Below are positions 12,401 to 20,623 of a stretch of DNA of 47,226 nt, piece after piece. The notes below the pieces were generated by a model, which was given only the letters and a program-made list of their open reading frames with translations, searched no databases and was not told the DNA's origin. The position numbers and the translations under genes are program-made. Numbering within the stretch: the stretch's first letter is position 1; each line of letters begins with the position of its first letter. Source of the stretch: a virus (taxonomy: Duplodnaviria; Heunggongvirae; Uroviricota; Caudoviricetes); the IMG/VR virus record IMGVR_UViG_2737471818_000007; one strand, 5' to 3'.

Positions 12401-12465
12401 AGCTGCTCTTTAAAATCGGCGGTATCAATGCTTAAATCAATGACAAGGTCAGCAATCTGGTCCAA
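9442..12465 (-). CDS. H: tail tape measure protein H
   Basis: 1007-aa coiled-coil-rich ORF; C-terminus (NNDGQNGQIGPEVMQAVYNLGKRAAEDF...RDGGQLSGVYR) matches the lambda gpH C-terminus; longer than lambda H (853 aa). Confidence 0.9.
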   Translation of the reverse strand: MDQIADLVIDLSIDTADFKEQLPRVKNLLNGTAREAERAEARMKRFEESQKQAASATVIQTQAVVKHAQGHVSLAEDVERARLRMEVLSRQMREEQVQAAALAAAQDKMAAAFYRQIDSVKQASAGLQELQRIQQQIRQARNSGGIAQQDYLALISEVTAKTRVLTQAEETATRQKTAFIRQLKEQTSRQKMTTTELLRAKAAQLGCSSAAEVYIRKMEKAGNTTHSLGLKSAAARRELGVMIGELARGNFGALRGSGITLANRAGWIDKLMTPKGLAVGGVIGGITAAVIGLGKAWMEGQEEGEAFNRQLELTGHYAGVTAGQLWALSKNLSGNGITQHAMAGSLAQVVGSGAFHGSDIGMVAKAAAQMERSVGQSVSDTISQFKRLKDDPVSAAKALDDELHFLTATQLEQIRVLGEQGRTSDAARIAMSALAEETGKRTSDIDNNLNALGSTLQTLSDWWKQFWDAAMNIGREDSLDAQIASLQEKIQRAKKFPWTKASTTGEYDQQQLDALQERKRQQDLQDAKEQAERNYQEQQKRRNAENAALNRMNETEAARHQREIARINAMQYADQAVRDAAIQRENERYEKAIKKKTPATRNDEATRLLLQYSQQQAQVEGQIAAARQSAGMATERMTEAHKQLLALQQRISDLAGKKLTADEKSVLAHKDELIQALTLLDAKQQELQKQTALNDLKKKTIQLTSQLAEEERAQRQQHDLDVAMAGMGDQQRQRYQSQLRLRQQYQQQLEQLERDSKQKGSYGSDAYRKAEQTLTDSLNRKLNENRRYWQQMDAAQGEWRNGTKRAFMNFTADADNAAGTAEQMFMSAFSSMGNGLATFVTTGKLNFKSFTSSVLSDMAKILAQATMMKAVKGIGSVMGFDFGDVKTNAEGGVYQSADLSRYSGTVVNRPTFFAFAKGAGVMGEAGPEAILPLRRGADGKLGVVAATCGSGMVMFAPQYNIEINNDGQNGQIGPEVMQAVYNLGKRAAEDFMQQQSRDGGQLSGVYR

Positions 12466-12763
12466 ATCTCATTCCTCCCGATATACCTTCCCCCAGATGC
12501 ATCAGCTCTTCATCCGTGCGTTCAGGGATCACCCTGTCATCCGTAACCAGACTGAAATCATCCGCCGGAATACGTTCACCGGACACCATCTGAACCATCA
12601 GCGACTTCAGTGTGGAAATCTGTGCATCCAGCCAGATATCCCCGAAACTCTGCTTCCGGAAGAAATCCCCCCATTCGCCCAGTTCTGACGCTGACATTTC
12701 TGATAACATCCGCCGCCAGTCTGCCCGCCGGAACTCACGGGCAAGCTGCATCACAAACTGCAT
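12449..12763 (-). CDS. T: tail assembly chaperone T segment (expressed as a G-T fusion by -1 frameshift)
   Basis: ORF in the -1 frame relative to G, open from the end of G (upstream codons DTGKVLTRE then MQFVMQLA...); lambda G-T arrangement; probably no independent start. Confidence 0.75.
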   Translation of the reverse strand: MQFVMQLAREFRRADWRRMLSEMSASELGEWGDFFRKQSFGDIWLDAQISTLKSLMVQMVSGERIPADDFSLVTDDRVIPERTDEELMHLGEGISGGMRFGPDC

Positions 12764-12771
12764 CTCCCGCG

Positions 12772-13161
12772 TCAGGACTTTTCCGGTGTCAGGGGAACCT
12801 GTTCACCGTTCTGAACATCACCGGTGGAGACCGGCATACCACTCAGGGATAAAACCAGACTGCCCCCGTCGCCAAGCGCGTCATAAGACCAGGTGTTTTT
12901 TACATCCTCATTCAGCGCATCCACATCCTGTGACGGGTCCGTATTCCACATTGACCGGGAAACCAGCCAGGCATTGATATCCATCCCCATACGCAGAAAT
13001 TCAATCTGACGATCCGCCACCGGCATGGCATCATCCAGGGCGTCAAACTCAGCTGTCCGTTTCTGGACAAACGCCAGATACTCCACCCGCTGAAGTCCGG
13101 ATAATTCTGTCAGTACCACAGACTGATTACCGTAGTTAAATGTGTCCTGTTTCAGAAACAT
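12772..13161 (-). CDS. G: tail assembly chaperone G
   Basis: Track ORF 12772..13191 trimmed to the ATG at 13161 (MFLKQDTFNYGNQ...) preceded by GGAGGGG; resembles lambda gpG. Confidence 0.85.
   Translation of the reverse strand: MFLKQDTFNYGNQSVVLTELSGLQRVEYLAFVQKRTAEFDALDDAMPVADRQIEFLRMGMDINAWLVSRSMWNTDPSQDVDALNEDVKNTWSYDALGDGGSLVLSLSGMPVSTGDVQNGEQVPLTPEKS
12778..12784 (-). other. putative -1 programmed frameshift slip site (GGAAAAG) for G-T fusion
   Basis: mRNA reads ACA CCG GAA AAG TCC TGA in the G frame; a -1 slip at G GAA AAG enters the T frame three codons before the G stop; lambda uses G GGA AAG at the same place. Confidence 0.55.
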
Positions 13162-13217
13162 GTCCCCTCCGTAAACAAAAAACCCCGGCATACCGGGGTA
13201 AAAAACAGACTGCCAGG

Positions 13218-13958
13218 TTAATCACCATTAACGGTAACACCGGCCACAGCAACCTGCGCACCACCCGCAGTCATCCCCACAATCGAGGTGCTGCCCGCTT
13301 TCACACCTTTCACCGTGGCCACCATGCCACTCAGCGTAACCGTGGCGATATCAGGAGATGATGACGCCACGCTCACCGTTTTATCAGAAGCATCTTCCGG
13401 TACTGTGCTGAATGTCAGCGTCGTCGTTGCCCCCACTCTGACACTGGCGGAAACCGGCATTACTGTCAGCCCGGTCACCCCCACAATTTCAGTCCCCTCC
13501 TCAGCCAGATACGGACGCCCCACACCGCTGATTTTAACCGTACGGGTCATCACATCTTTTGACGTAATGGTTTTACCCAGCGAACTCAGCCAGCCGCGGA
13601 ACACATCAACGGTACCGTTAGGGTATTTAATGCGGAATGCACGAACTTCACCGGAATCAAACAACTGAATCAGTTTTTTCTGTCCGCTGTCACCCGGACG
13701 CCAGGCCAGCGTCGCGGATGTATCACCAACAGATTTTTGCCCCTGAGTTGTCGTTTTCCAGTCAGCATTTTCATCATCGAGATAATCGTCATCTTCCGCA
13801 TCTGCAGTCATTTCCCCCGGCTGCAGATCCTTCACCATCGCGAGGCGCAGCCAGTCCGTATCTGACAAAGGATTCGCAAATGCGTCGCCCTTGCCGGTAT
13901 ACATCCAGAACGTCGTCCCCGCCCCTTTCATTTTTTCAAGTGGATTCGGTGTCGTCAT
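13218..13958 (-). CDS. V: major tail protein V (with C-terminal Ig-like domain)
   Basis: Track ORF trimmed to the ATG at 13958 (MTTPNPLEKMKGAGTTFWMY, cf. lambda V [20 protein letters not shown]). Confidence 0.92.
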   Translation of the reverse strand: MTTPNPLEKMKGAGTTFWMYTGKGDAFANPLSDTDWLRLAMVKDLQPGEMTADAEDDDYLDDENADWKTTTQGQKSVGDTSATLAWRPGDSGQKKLIQLFDSGEVRAFRIKYPNGTVDVFRGWLSSLGKTITSKDVMTRTVKISGVGRPYLAEEGTEIVGVTGLTVMPVSASVRVGATTTLTFSTVPEDASDKTVSVASSSPDIATVTLSGMVATVKGVKAGSTSIVGMTAGGAQVAVAGVTVNGD

Positions 13959-13968
13959 TTCCCACCCC

Positions 13969-14370
13969 TTAATTTGTATATGTGATTTGATACGTGATTT
14001 CCGCCATCGCCCATGTTGCCATATCGTTATCACGCTGATAGTTAAATCCCCGTGGGATCATGGTATCGATAAGGCCGTAAAGCGCCGGAATATCCTCCAG
14101 TGCCGGGTAAATAATGTTGTCCATCCACGTATCCAGATCAGAATCCGGTGCCTGTGCGCGGATAAAGACGGCGACATGCAGAACTGCCAGCCAGTCATCC
14201 TCATCCGTCATTTTTCCGGTGTACTGTGCATCACTCAGCCACACCGCCACGGCAGGCAGCTCCTGCGCATCAATAAAGGCAGGAAGGCCGTCAAACAGGA
14301 CGGTCTTCTCCCCGCACGTCGTTTTCAGGCGCGACAATACGGCCTGACGAATTTGTGTGTGTCGGTTCAT
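13969..14370 (-). CDS. U: tail terminator protein U
   Basis: 133-aa ORF resembling lambda gpU (..FDGLPAFIDAQELPAVAVWL..); ATGA overlap with the Z stop. Confidence 0.9.
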   Translation of the reverse strand: MNRHTQIRQAVLSRLKTTCGEKTVLFDGLPAFIDAQELPAVAVWLSDAQYTGKMTDEDDWLAVLHVAVFIRAQAPDSDLDTWMDNIIYPALEDIPALYGLIDTMIPRGFNYQRDNDMATWAMAEITYQITYTN

Positions 14371-14957
14371 CGGGTCAGATATAACCTCAGTTGGTGTTTC
14401 AGGGCATACCCCAGCTGTTTCGGCATCTCGTTATCAATGACGCTTTTACGGGCATCCTCAAATGCCTGTGTCAGCGCTCCGGCCAGCGGGATTTTCACAA
14501 CCTCCACAGGTAGACGATTTTTTTTCGGTCTGCCCTGATGGTCGCGCCCTGTTGCGAAACGCGCTTCAGGAAGACGTCTCAGAACATGCCAGCGACCATT
14601 CGCCAGTTGCCGGATAAACGCGCCACGGAAAAAATATTTCCCCACCCTCAGCCCGTCACCGGCACGCCGTCGCGTTGTGTTCAGTTTGATGGCGGGAAGG
14701 TTGCCACGGTTAATGCGGATCCTGGCATACATTTTTCCGGAAGGGCTGGCACTCAGCATCCTGACGCGCCCCCTGACCAGTTTCAGGGGGATCCCCTTCA
14801 TCTGGTTATCACCGGCTACGGTATCGCGGGCAACCTGTCGGGTAGCCTGAGAAATGGCTTTCTGTGCCACACGATTTATTGCCCAGGCGCTGGCCTGTGG
14901 CACCATACGGGTATCAAGGATGTCCAGATTACGGATGGCGTTTTCAAGACCTTTCAT
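14367..14957 (-). CDS. Z: tail completion protein Z
   Basis: Track ORF 14367..15071 trimmed to the ATG at 14957 (MKGLENAIRNLDIL...); lambda order FII-Z-U. Confidence 0.85.
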   Translation of the reverse strand: MKGLENAIRNLDILDTRMVPQASAWAINRVAQKAISQATRQVARDTVAGDNQMKGIPLKLVRGRVRMLSASPSGKMYARIRINRGNLPAIKLNTTRRRAGDGLRVGKYFFRGAFIRQLANGRWHVLRRLPEARFATGRDHQGRPKKNRLPVEVVKIPLAGALTQAFEDARKSVIDNEMPKQLGYALKHQLRLYLTR

Positions 14958-15318
14958 AATATCGCCCCGTACTGATATCACCCCGGGAACTGTCACACCG
15001 TTGCAGGCGGATATAACAGCATCCCCCGTCGTCCTGAGTAATGCGATCCACCCGAAAAAGATCCCCACCAACCTCCAGCGTATCCAGACGGCGCAGTCCC
15101 GTAATATCTGCTGTTTTCACAAACAAAGACGGTGAAGAATCTTCAAACCGTACTCCTCCGGCAACGAACGAAATTTTTTCAGGATCATCAAAAACACCCC
15201 TGAGTGTTTTTCCTTCAAGCTGACCGGACGTAATTACCGCCGTAATCCCCATATGACAAAGAATGACCTCGTCAGCCATGGCGACGGCGGCATCAAACGG
15301 ATTATCGAAATCTGCCAC
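14944..15318 (-). CDS. FII: head-tail connector protein FII
   Basis: 124-aa ORF MADFDNPFDAA... matching lambda FII; apparent GTG start preceded by GGGGGAAAG. Confidence 0.88.
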   Translation of the reverse strand: MADFDNPFDAAVAMADEVILCHMGITAVITSGQLEGKTLRGVFDDPEKISFVAGGVRFEDSSPSLFVKTADITGLRRLDTLEVGGDLFRVDRITQDDGGCCYIRLQRCDSSRGDISTGRYYERS

Positions 15319-15331
15319 CTTTCCCCCACAT

Positions 15332-15712
15332 TCAACACATTTTCACGAGGCCACTTTCTACCATGCTGGCTGCCACCACGGCAGATACACGAAACACTTC
15401 TCCCGGACGTACAAATGCCACGGGGTTATCCCGTGTGGCGTGGAGTGCATTGACATGTAACATCACCACAGCTTTGACCATGACCATATCCACAGAATTT
15501 CGGTTCTCACTCTCCCCACGTTCGGATCGTGTTTCGTTTTTTTGTTGTGGTTCTTCATCATCCTTATACAGGCCGTCTGAACCATCACTTAATTCTTCTT
15601 CCCACTCCGCCAGACGTTGTTCAAGATCAGCTTTAGAGCCTGAAATATCGGCATCGCGCCCGAGTACTGCCGCCAGCTCCTGAAGACGCGCTGTTATTTC
15701 TTCTTTTGTCAT
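15332..15712 (-). CDS. FI: DNA packaging / head assembly protein FI
   Basis: Track ORF 15332..15844 trimmed to the ATG at 15712 (MTKEEITARLQELAAVLGRD..., cf. lambda FI MTKDELIARLRSL..); AGGAGA RBS upstream. Confidence 0.88.
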   Translation of the reverse strand: MTKEEITARLQELAAVLGRDADISGSKADLEQRLAEWEEELSDGSDGLYKDDEEPQQKNETRSERGESENRNSVDMVMVKAVVMLHVNALHATRDNPVAFVRPGEVFRVSAVVAASMVESGLVKMC

Positions 15713-15762
15713 CACATCTCTCCTGTGCGATAAAGAAAAAGGCGGGAATATCCCGCCTGACC

Positions 15763-16791
15763 TTATTTCACCTGAACTACCACAAACGCGTCCGGATCCG
15801 GCAACACCATCAACGGCGCAGACTGCGTCATGGTATATTCGCACCCCGGGTCCCCCACCTCTAACCAGTGTTTCGGATAACGAATTGCAGAGGTGATCCC
15901 TTCACTCAGCGCCTGGTTATCCTGGATTGCGCCATAACAACGGACACCCTCCACCTGAGTGTTTCCAAGAATCAGTGTGCCTTCCGGCAGATAACGCTGC
16001 TCATCCCCGTTTTCATCAACATACGTTGTTTTCGCCACCATGATGGCCAGATCACCGTAATAACCTTTAAAAGAAACCACGGAACCCAGATCTTTCAGCG
16101 CGGTTTCCAGTTCAGATTTTGAGCCACGGCGGGTATCCAGTTTTTCACGAAACAGCTTAAAACCGTTCAGCATACGCCAGACAGTACCGTCCATAATCGC
16201 AATATTGATGGTACCGGAAGCAAAATCGCAGTACGCATCCAGATCATGCGTCGGATCAAAGGTGTCAGCATTCTGTTTTGACCATTCGCGTCCCCCTGCC
16301 TGCGTAATGTTATTGGCGGCAGAACGACCAAAATCCACTTCCACCGTCTCAAACTGTTCACCGCTCATGGTGTACTTACCCTGCAGAACAGCGCTGACCG
16401 CCTGCATTTCTTCCACCTGCACAATCGCTTGCTCTTCCTGTTTCAGGTTGTCAGTCAGAATACGCAGGCGACGGTAGGCCGGGTCATTAAGACGGGCCGG
16501 ATCTTCCCCCGGAAGACGCTCCACCGCCTGCTGATAATCCAGCCGGTGTTTTGGTTTAACATAGCCGGGGCGTAACACGCGGGTTTCACCACCACGACTG
16601 CGCAGTACCTTACCTGACACAACCGGAGACACATATGCCGCAACCGGTGTTTTTCCGGTGATTTTATCCAGCATCACTTCCTGAGTATGGAAAGTGACCG
16701 TACGACGAAAAAACAGCTCCAGAAACAGCGCACGGAATTTCACTTTCTGCTCGGTGTAGCCGAGCAACTGACGCGTGGTAAATAACCCCAT
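15763..16791 (-). CDS. E: major capsid protein E
   Basis: Track ORF trimmed to the ATG at 16791 (MGLFTTRQLLGYTEQKVKF.., cf. lambda E MSMYTTAQLLAANEQKFKF); collinear with lambda gpE. Confidence 0.93.
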   Translation of the reverse strand: MGLFTTRQLLGYTEQKVKFRALFLELFFRRTVTFHTQEVMLDKITGKTPVAAYVSPVVSGKVLRSRGGETRVLRPGYVKPKHRLDYQQAVERLPGEDPARLNDPAYRRLRILTDNLKQEEQAIVQVEEMQAVSAVLQGKYTMSGEQFETVEVDFGRSAANNITQAGGREWSKQNADTFDPTHDLDAYCDFASGTINIAIMDGTVWRMLNGFKLFREKLDTRRGSKSELETALKDLGSVVSFKGYYGDLAIMVAKTTYVDENGDEQRYLPEGTLILGNTQVEGVRCYGAIQDNQALSEGITSAIRYPKHWLEVGDPGCEYTMTQSAPLMVLPDPDAFVVVQVK

Positions 16792-16860
16792 AATTGACTT
16801 TCCTTTAAAAACACAAACGGGCCGCATCACGACCCGTTTTTTCAGTTAATCACTTCACCA

Positions 16861-17196
16861 TCAGGCGTGGCTGATGGCACTTCCCACAAACGCGTTGGCT
16901 TTTTTCACCGCATCCACCGAATCCGGCCAGACCAGCGATTCGGTGGCAAACGTACCGCTTTTGTAGTACGTCAGTGTGGGCTCGGTCCCGGCCAGCGCCA
17001 GTACCAGCACCCCCACAGCCGTTCCGGCTTTCTGACCATCCCATGCCACCAGTTTTCCGCTGGCGTCATCCAGCATCAGTGGCGTCAGTGAAGGCGTGGC
17101 AACACTGATACCACTGGTACCTGTTGCGGTATATACCGGATCGCTTCCGGCAAAAATGCGCCCGTCCGCGCGCTTTTCTGTGGTGGTTTTAATCAT
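16861..17196 (-). CDS. D: head decoration protein D
   Basis: Track ORF trimmed to the ATG at 17196, preceded by CAGGAGA; conserved TPLMLD..KLVAWDG..YKSGTF motifs of lambda gpD. Confidence 0.88.
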   Translation of the reverse strand: MIKTTTEKRADGRIFAGSDPVYTATGTSGISVATPSLTPLMLDDASGKLVAWDGQKAGTAVGVLVLALAGTEPTLTYYKSGTFATESLVWPDSVDAVKKANAFVGSAISHA

Positions 17197-17236
17197 TTTC
17201 TCAGTCTCCTGATTTATCTGAATCACGGATCCCCGC

Positions 17237-18853
17237 TTACGGCATACTCATCAGCAGTTCTTCTTCCCCGTTCCCGGCAGTTCCGCCACCGGAAACGGCA
17301 CTGGCGGCATGCTGTGCCATGAAGCGCTCAAAAAGTGTTACCTGTGACGGTTGCGATACTGATGGCGCAGCTGCCAGCAGCGTTTTCGCCTGCTCCACTG
17401 TCATTCCAGGTTGTTCAGCCAGCGCCTGTGCCAGTTTTTCGCGTCCTTTTGCTTCCGGCAACGCAATAATTTGATCGCCGGTACTTGCCGTACCGGTTGC
17501 CGGTGCCGCTGCCAGTAGCATTTTCGCCTGTTCCACCGTCATTCCCGGCTGTTCAGCCAGCGCCTGTGCGAGTTGTTCACGCCCTTTTGCTTCCGGAAGT
17601 ACCATAATCTGCTCGCCGGTACTTGCCGCACCGGCAACCGGTGCCGCTGCCAGTAACGTTTTCGCCTGCTCCACCGTCATTCCCGGCTGTTCAGCCAGCG
17701 TCCGTGCCAGTTGTTCACGTCCTTTTGCTTCCGGAAGTGCCACAATCTGATCGCCTGTGCTGTCAGTACCGGCAACCGGTGCTGCCGCCAGTAATGTTTT
17801 TGCCTGCTCAACTGACATTCCCTGCTGACCTGCCAGCATCTGCGCCAGTTTTTCGCGTCCTTTCGCCTCCTGACAATTCAGGATCCCCATCACGCGCTGA
17901 TTTTCCTGGGACACCGCTTCAGCAACGGTGAGATTTTTTGTTGTCATCGTATTCTCCTGTGTAACAGAGTCGTTCAGAGCAGAAACCATTACATCAACGG
18001 CATCTGCAGCATTAATCAGTTGATCAGCCAGGCCTGTATCAATGCCTGCCTGGCCGTCATAAACGGCAGCCTCGGTATTCATCACCACCTCTGAACTCAG
18101 CCCCGTATAAAGTGCCACCTTGTCGACAAACATCCGGCGGGCCTCATCAATACGGCGCTGAAAATCCGCACGCACACCTGTCGGCAACGCCTGAATACTG
18201 TTGCCGTCAACCTTGTGCTGCCCGGAGTAAATCAGCGTGATATCCACGCCTTCCTGTGCCAGTTGTTTCTCGTAACTGGTGTGCGCCATCATCACACCAA
18301 TCGAACCAATTTTTGCCGTCTGCGTGACCAGCCGACGCGTACAGGCCGCCGCCAGCAACATGGCGGCTGAACAGGCCATGTCATTACACAGCGCCCACAC
18401 GGGCTTCTGTTCCCGCAGACGGTAAATCATGTCAGCACAGTCAAACGCCCCGGCAGCCTGACCGCCCGGACTGTCGATATCCAGTAAAATGCCGCGTACA
18501 TCCGGGTCGTTCACCGCTGACTTAAGACGGGCAGTCAGACCGTCATAACCGGTCATACCGGAATATGGCCGCAGGGTACCCATTTTATGTACCAACGTGC
18601 CGCTCACCGGCAGAATGGCAATACCATTTTTCACCTGGTAACTCTTTACCGGACGCGGACCACCAGTCATATAATCGGTAACCGCCAGCTGCATACCATC
18701 GGCATCAAGCTGAACGGCCTGCTGCGGAACGGCAAGGTTGCCCGCCCCCATCTCCTTACCCAGTGCGCAAAAGAAAACCCGCGCATAGGCGGGTTCCAGT
18801 AAAAGCGGCTCATTAAATGCCATCGCGGCAATATGTGATAAATTACAGCGCAT
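17237..18853 (-). CDS. C: head maturation protease C (S49/ClpP-like) with scaffold (Nu3-like) C-terminal region
   Basis: 538-aa ORF; N-terminus and protease core are collinear with lambda gpC; C-terminal region carries four tandem copies of a ~46-aa unit; start overlaps the B stop. Confidence 0.9.
   Translation of the reverse strand: MRCNLSHIAAMAFNEPLLLEPAYARVFFCALGKEMGAGNLAVPQQAVQLDADGMQLAVTDYMTGGPRPVKSYQVKNGIAILPVSGTLVHKMGTLRPYSGMTGYDGLTARLKSAVNDPDVRGILLDIDSPGGQAAGAFDCADMIYRLREQKPVWALCNDMACSAAMLLAAACTRRLVTQTAKIGSIGVMMAHTSYEKQLAQEGVDITLIYSGQHKVDGNSIQALPTGVRADFQRRIDEARRMFVDKVALYTGLSSEVVMNTEAAVYDGQAGIDTGLADQLINAADAVDVMVSALNDSVTQENTMTTKNLTVAEAVSQENQRVMGILNCQEAKGREKLAQMLAGQQGMSVEQAKTLLAAAPVAGTDSTGDQIVALPEAKGREQLARTLAEQPGMTVEQAKTLLAAAPVAGAASTGEQIMVLPEAKGREQLAQALAEQPGMTVEQAKMLLAAAPATGTASTGDQIIALPEAKGREKLAQALAEQPGMTVEQAKTLLAAAPSVSQPSQVTLFERFMAQHAASAVSGGGTAGNGEEELLMSMP
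17360..17875 (-). repeat. four in-frame tandem repeats (~138 nt each) inside gene C
   Basis: Peptide unit LPEAKGREQLAxxLAEQPGMTVEQAKTLLAAAPxxGxxSTGxQIx repeated four times (residues ~327-498); the nucleotide repeats are visible by eye. Confidence 0.85.
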
Positions 18854-20414
18854 CGCCTTTTTCTCCCGTTGTCTGTCGGATCTGCTGTTGAAACGCGTCC
18901 TTTATCCAGACCGGACGCGGAAGACCGGCAGCCTGTCGCTCCTGAGTTTCCCGTAGCTGCTGGCGGAAAATCTCCTGATAGTCATCCCCCATCAGGGCCA
19001 GCTCTTTCTCGTATGTACTCAGGCCGCCTTCAATGCGCATCACCGCTTCCTGCACTTCCTTAAGGCCATCAATCGCCATACGACCGGCACCAATCCACTC
19101 GGCACGGCACCACCCGGAACGGGCCTCCCAGAATGAGAAACGGGATTTCGGCGGACGGATCACACCACGAATAAGGGCTTCCTCCAGCCAGCAGGCAAAC
19201 ATCTGTGACGCCAGGCGACTGGCCACAAATTTTCGTTTTCCCATAAAATACCGCCACGACTCATTGGCGGATGCCCTGGCACTGGAATAACTGACCTGTG
19301 AATAATCCCGGGAAAGCTGCTCATACGACACACCCAGTCCGGCAGCAATGTAACGTAACAGCGCCTTTTCCAGTTCAGAAAAACCATTATCCGCATTCTG
19401 GGCTGTCTGCAGATTCAGTGAATCTCCCGGGTAAAGATGCGGAATACGGACCCCGCCCAGTTTTACCGTATTGGTGGCGTAATAACGCGCGTAGCCTTTC
19501 ATGATGGTGTTCAGGGGATTTTTACCTCCATCTCCCACCCCGGCGATATATTCAAACGCTTTTTCCGAATCCAGTGTGGATTCAATCGTGGCGGCATACA
19601 TGGCGCGAACCACCGCCGACTGCAGTTGCGTGGCCTGCAGTGTGTCGAGCATCTTGAGACGCTCCATTACAGAATAAAACTGGTTGGCCCCGCGGGTCTG
19701 CCCGTCTTCCTGTGGCTGAAACACATGGATCATTCCCGGTCGTCCGGAAGGCAGTGTTGCCGTAATTCGTGTCCATTTACTGACACCGTAGCCGGGCCAG
19801 TCATCATCCTGAACATGGTAGGCCAGCGCTTTTCCGTGTCGGTTTATTTCCACCCCGGCACGCATAAAACGATCGCCGGTACCATAACCGGGTGTACTGA
19901 CACGCTTCGGGCTGATGGTTTTGAATTTCGTCCGGAATAATGACGTGGATTCCGCATCCCATACGGGCTGGACAAAAATTTCACCGTTAAACGTATGGAC
20001 CCCCACCCCTTCACGAATAAATTCGGTAAACGAACGACGCCCTTCCACATCCATCGTACCAAACACCGGATCGCAGTATTCCATCCACGCCGCCTCAACA
20101 TCTTCAATAAAAGCATGTGAATCTGCTTCCGACATCCCCAGCCAGCGCCAGTTGGGACGGTAACTCAGACGAAACATGTGCCCGACAATATGATCCTTAT
20201 GAATTTCCACTGCATTCGATGCAATACCGTTGTTACGGACCAGCTCATCCGCGCGGGCGTTACCCAGATGAATGGAAGGTAAGAGCGCCACGTCGGCACT
20301 TTCCGGTGCAGGCAGCCATTCTGCCATTTGCCCACCGAACCCGGAACCACCACCAGAATATCCCATGCTTTGCCGTAAAGGCTGCCCATGAATATCCACC
20401 AGTTCCCCGTTCAC
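18843..20414 (-). CDS. B: portal protein B
   Basis: 523-aa ORF collinear with lambda gpB (GGGSGFGG.., RGANQFYSVMERLKMLDTLQ..); track start is a GTG at 20414, so the true start is uncertain. Confidence 0.9.
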   Translation of the reverse strand: MNGELVDIHGQPLRQSMGYSGGGSGFGGQMAEWLPAPESADVALLPSIHLGNARADELVRNNGIASNAVEIHKDHIVGHMFRLSYRPNWRWLGMSEADSHAFIEDVEAAWMEYCDPVFGTMDVEGRRSFTEFIREGVGVHTFNGEIFVQPVWDAESTSLFRTKFKTISPKRVSTPGYGTGDRFMRAGVEINRHGKALAYHVQDDDWPGYGVSKWTRITATLPSGRPGMIHVFQPQEDGQTRGANQFYSVMERLKMLDTLQATQLQSAVVRAMYAATIESTLDSEKAFEYIAGVGDGGKNPLNTIMKGYARYYATNTVKLGGVRIPHLYPGDSLNLQTAQNADNGFSELEKALLRYIAAGLGVSYEQLSRDYSQVSYSSARASANESWRYFMGKRKFVASRLASQMFACWLEEALIRGVIRPPKSRFSFWEARSGWCRAEWIGAGRMAIDGLKEVQEAVMRIEGGLSTYEKELALMGDDYQEIFRQQLRETQERQAAGLPRPVWIKDAFQQQIRQTTGEKGDAL

Positions 20415-20620
20415 AGCCCCACTCCTGCCGGGCCACGACGCCGTCCGGATACACCCAGCGCACTTTCCAGCTCTTCAATATACTGACGCAGTTCACCAAT
20501 TGTCGCCCGCGAATACTGAACCTGACGCCCGTCCTTGCTGACGGAAACCACAGCACGTCCGATCATCAGTTCATGTAACGCCCGGCGGGCATCGCATAGC
20601 ATTTCATGCGTATAAATCAT
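20411..20620 (-). CDS. W: head-tail joining protein W
   Basis: ATG at 20620 immediately after the A stop (TAAGTGATG); ..ARRALHELM..RRRGPAGVGL resembles lambda gpW. Confidence 0.85.
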   Translation of the reverse strand: MIYTHEMLCDARRALHELMIGRAVVSVSKDGRQVQYSRATIGELRQYIEELESALGVSGRRRGPAGVGL

Positions 20621-20623
20621 CAC

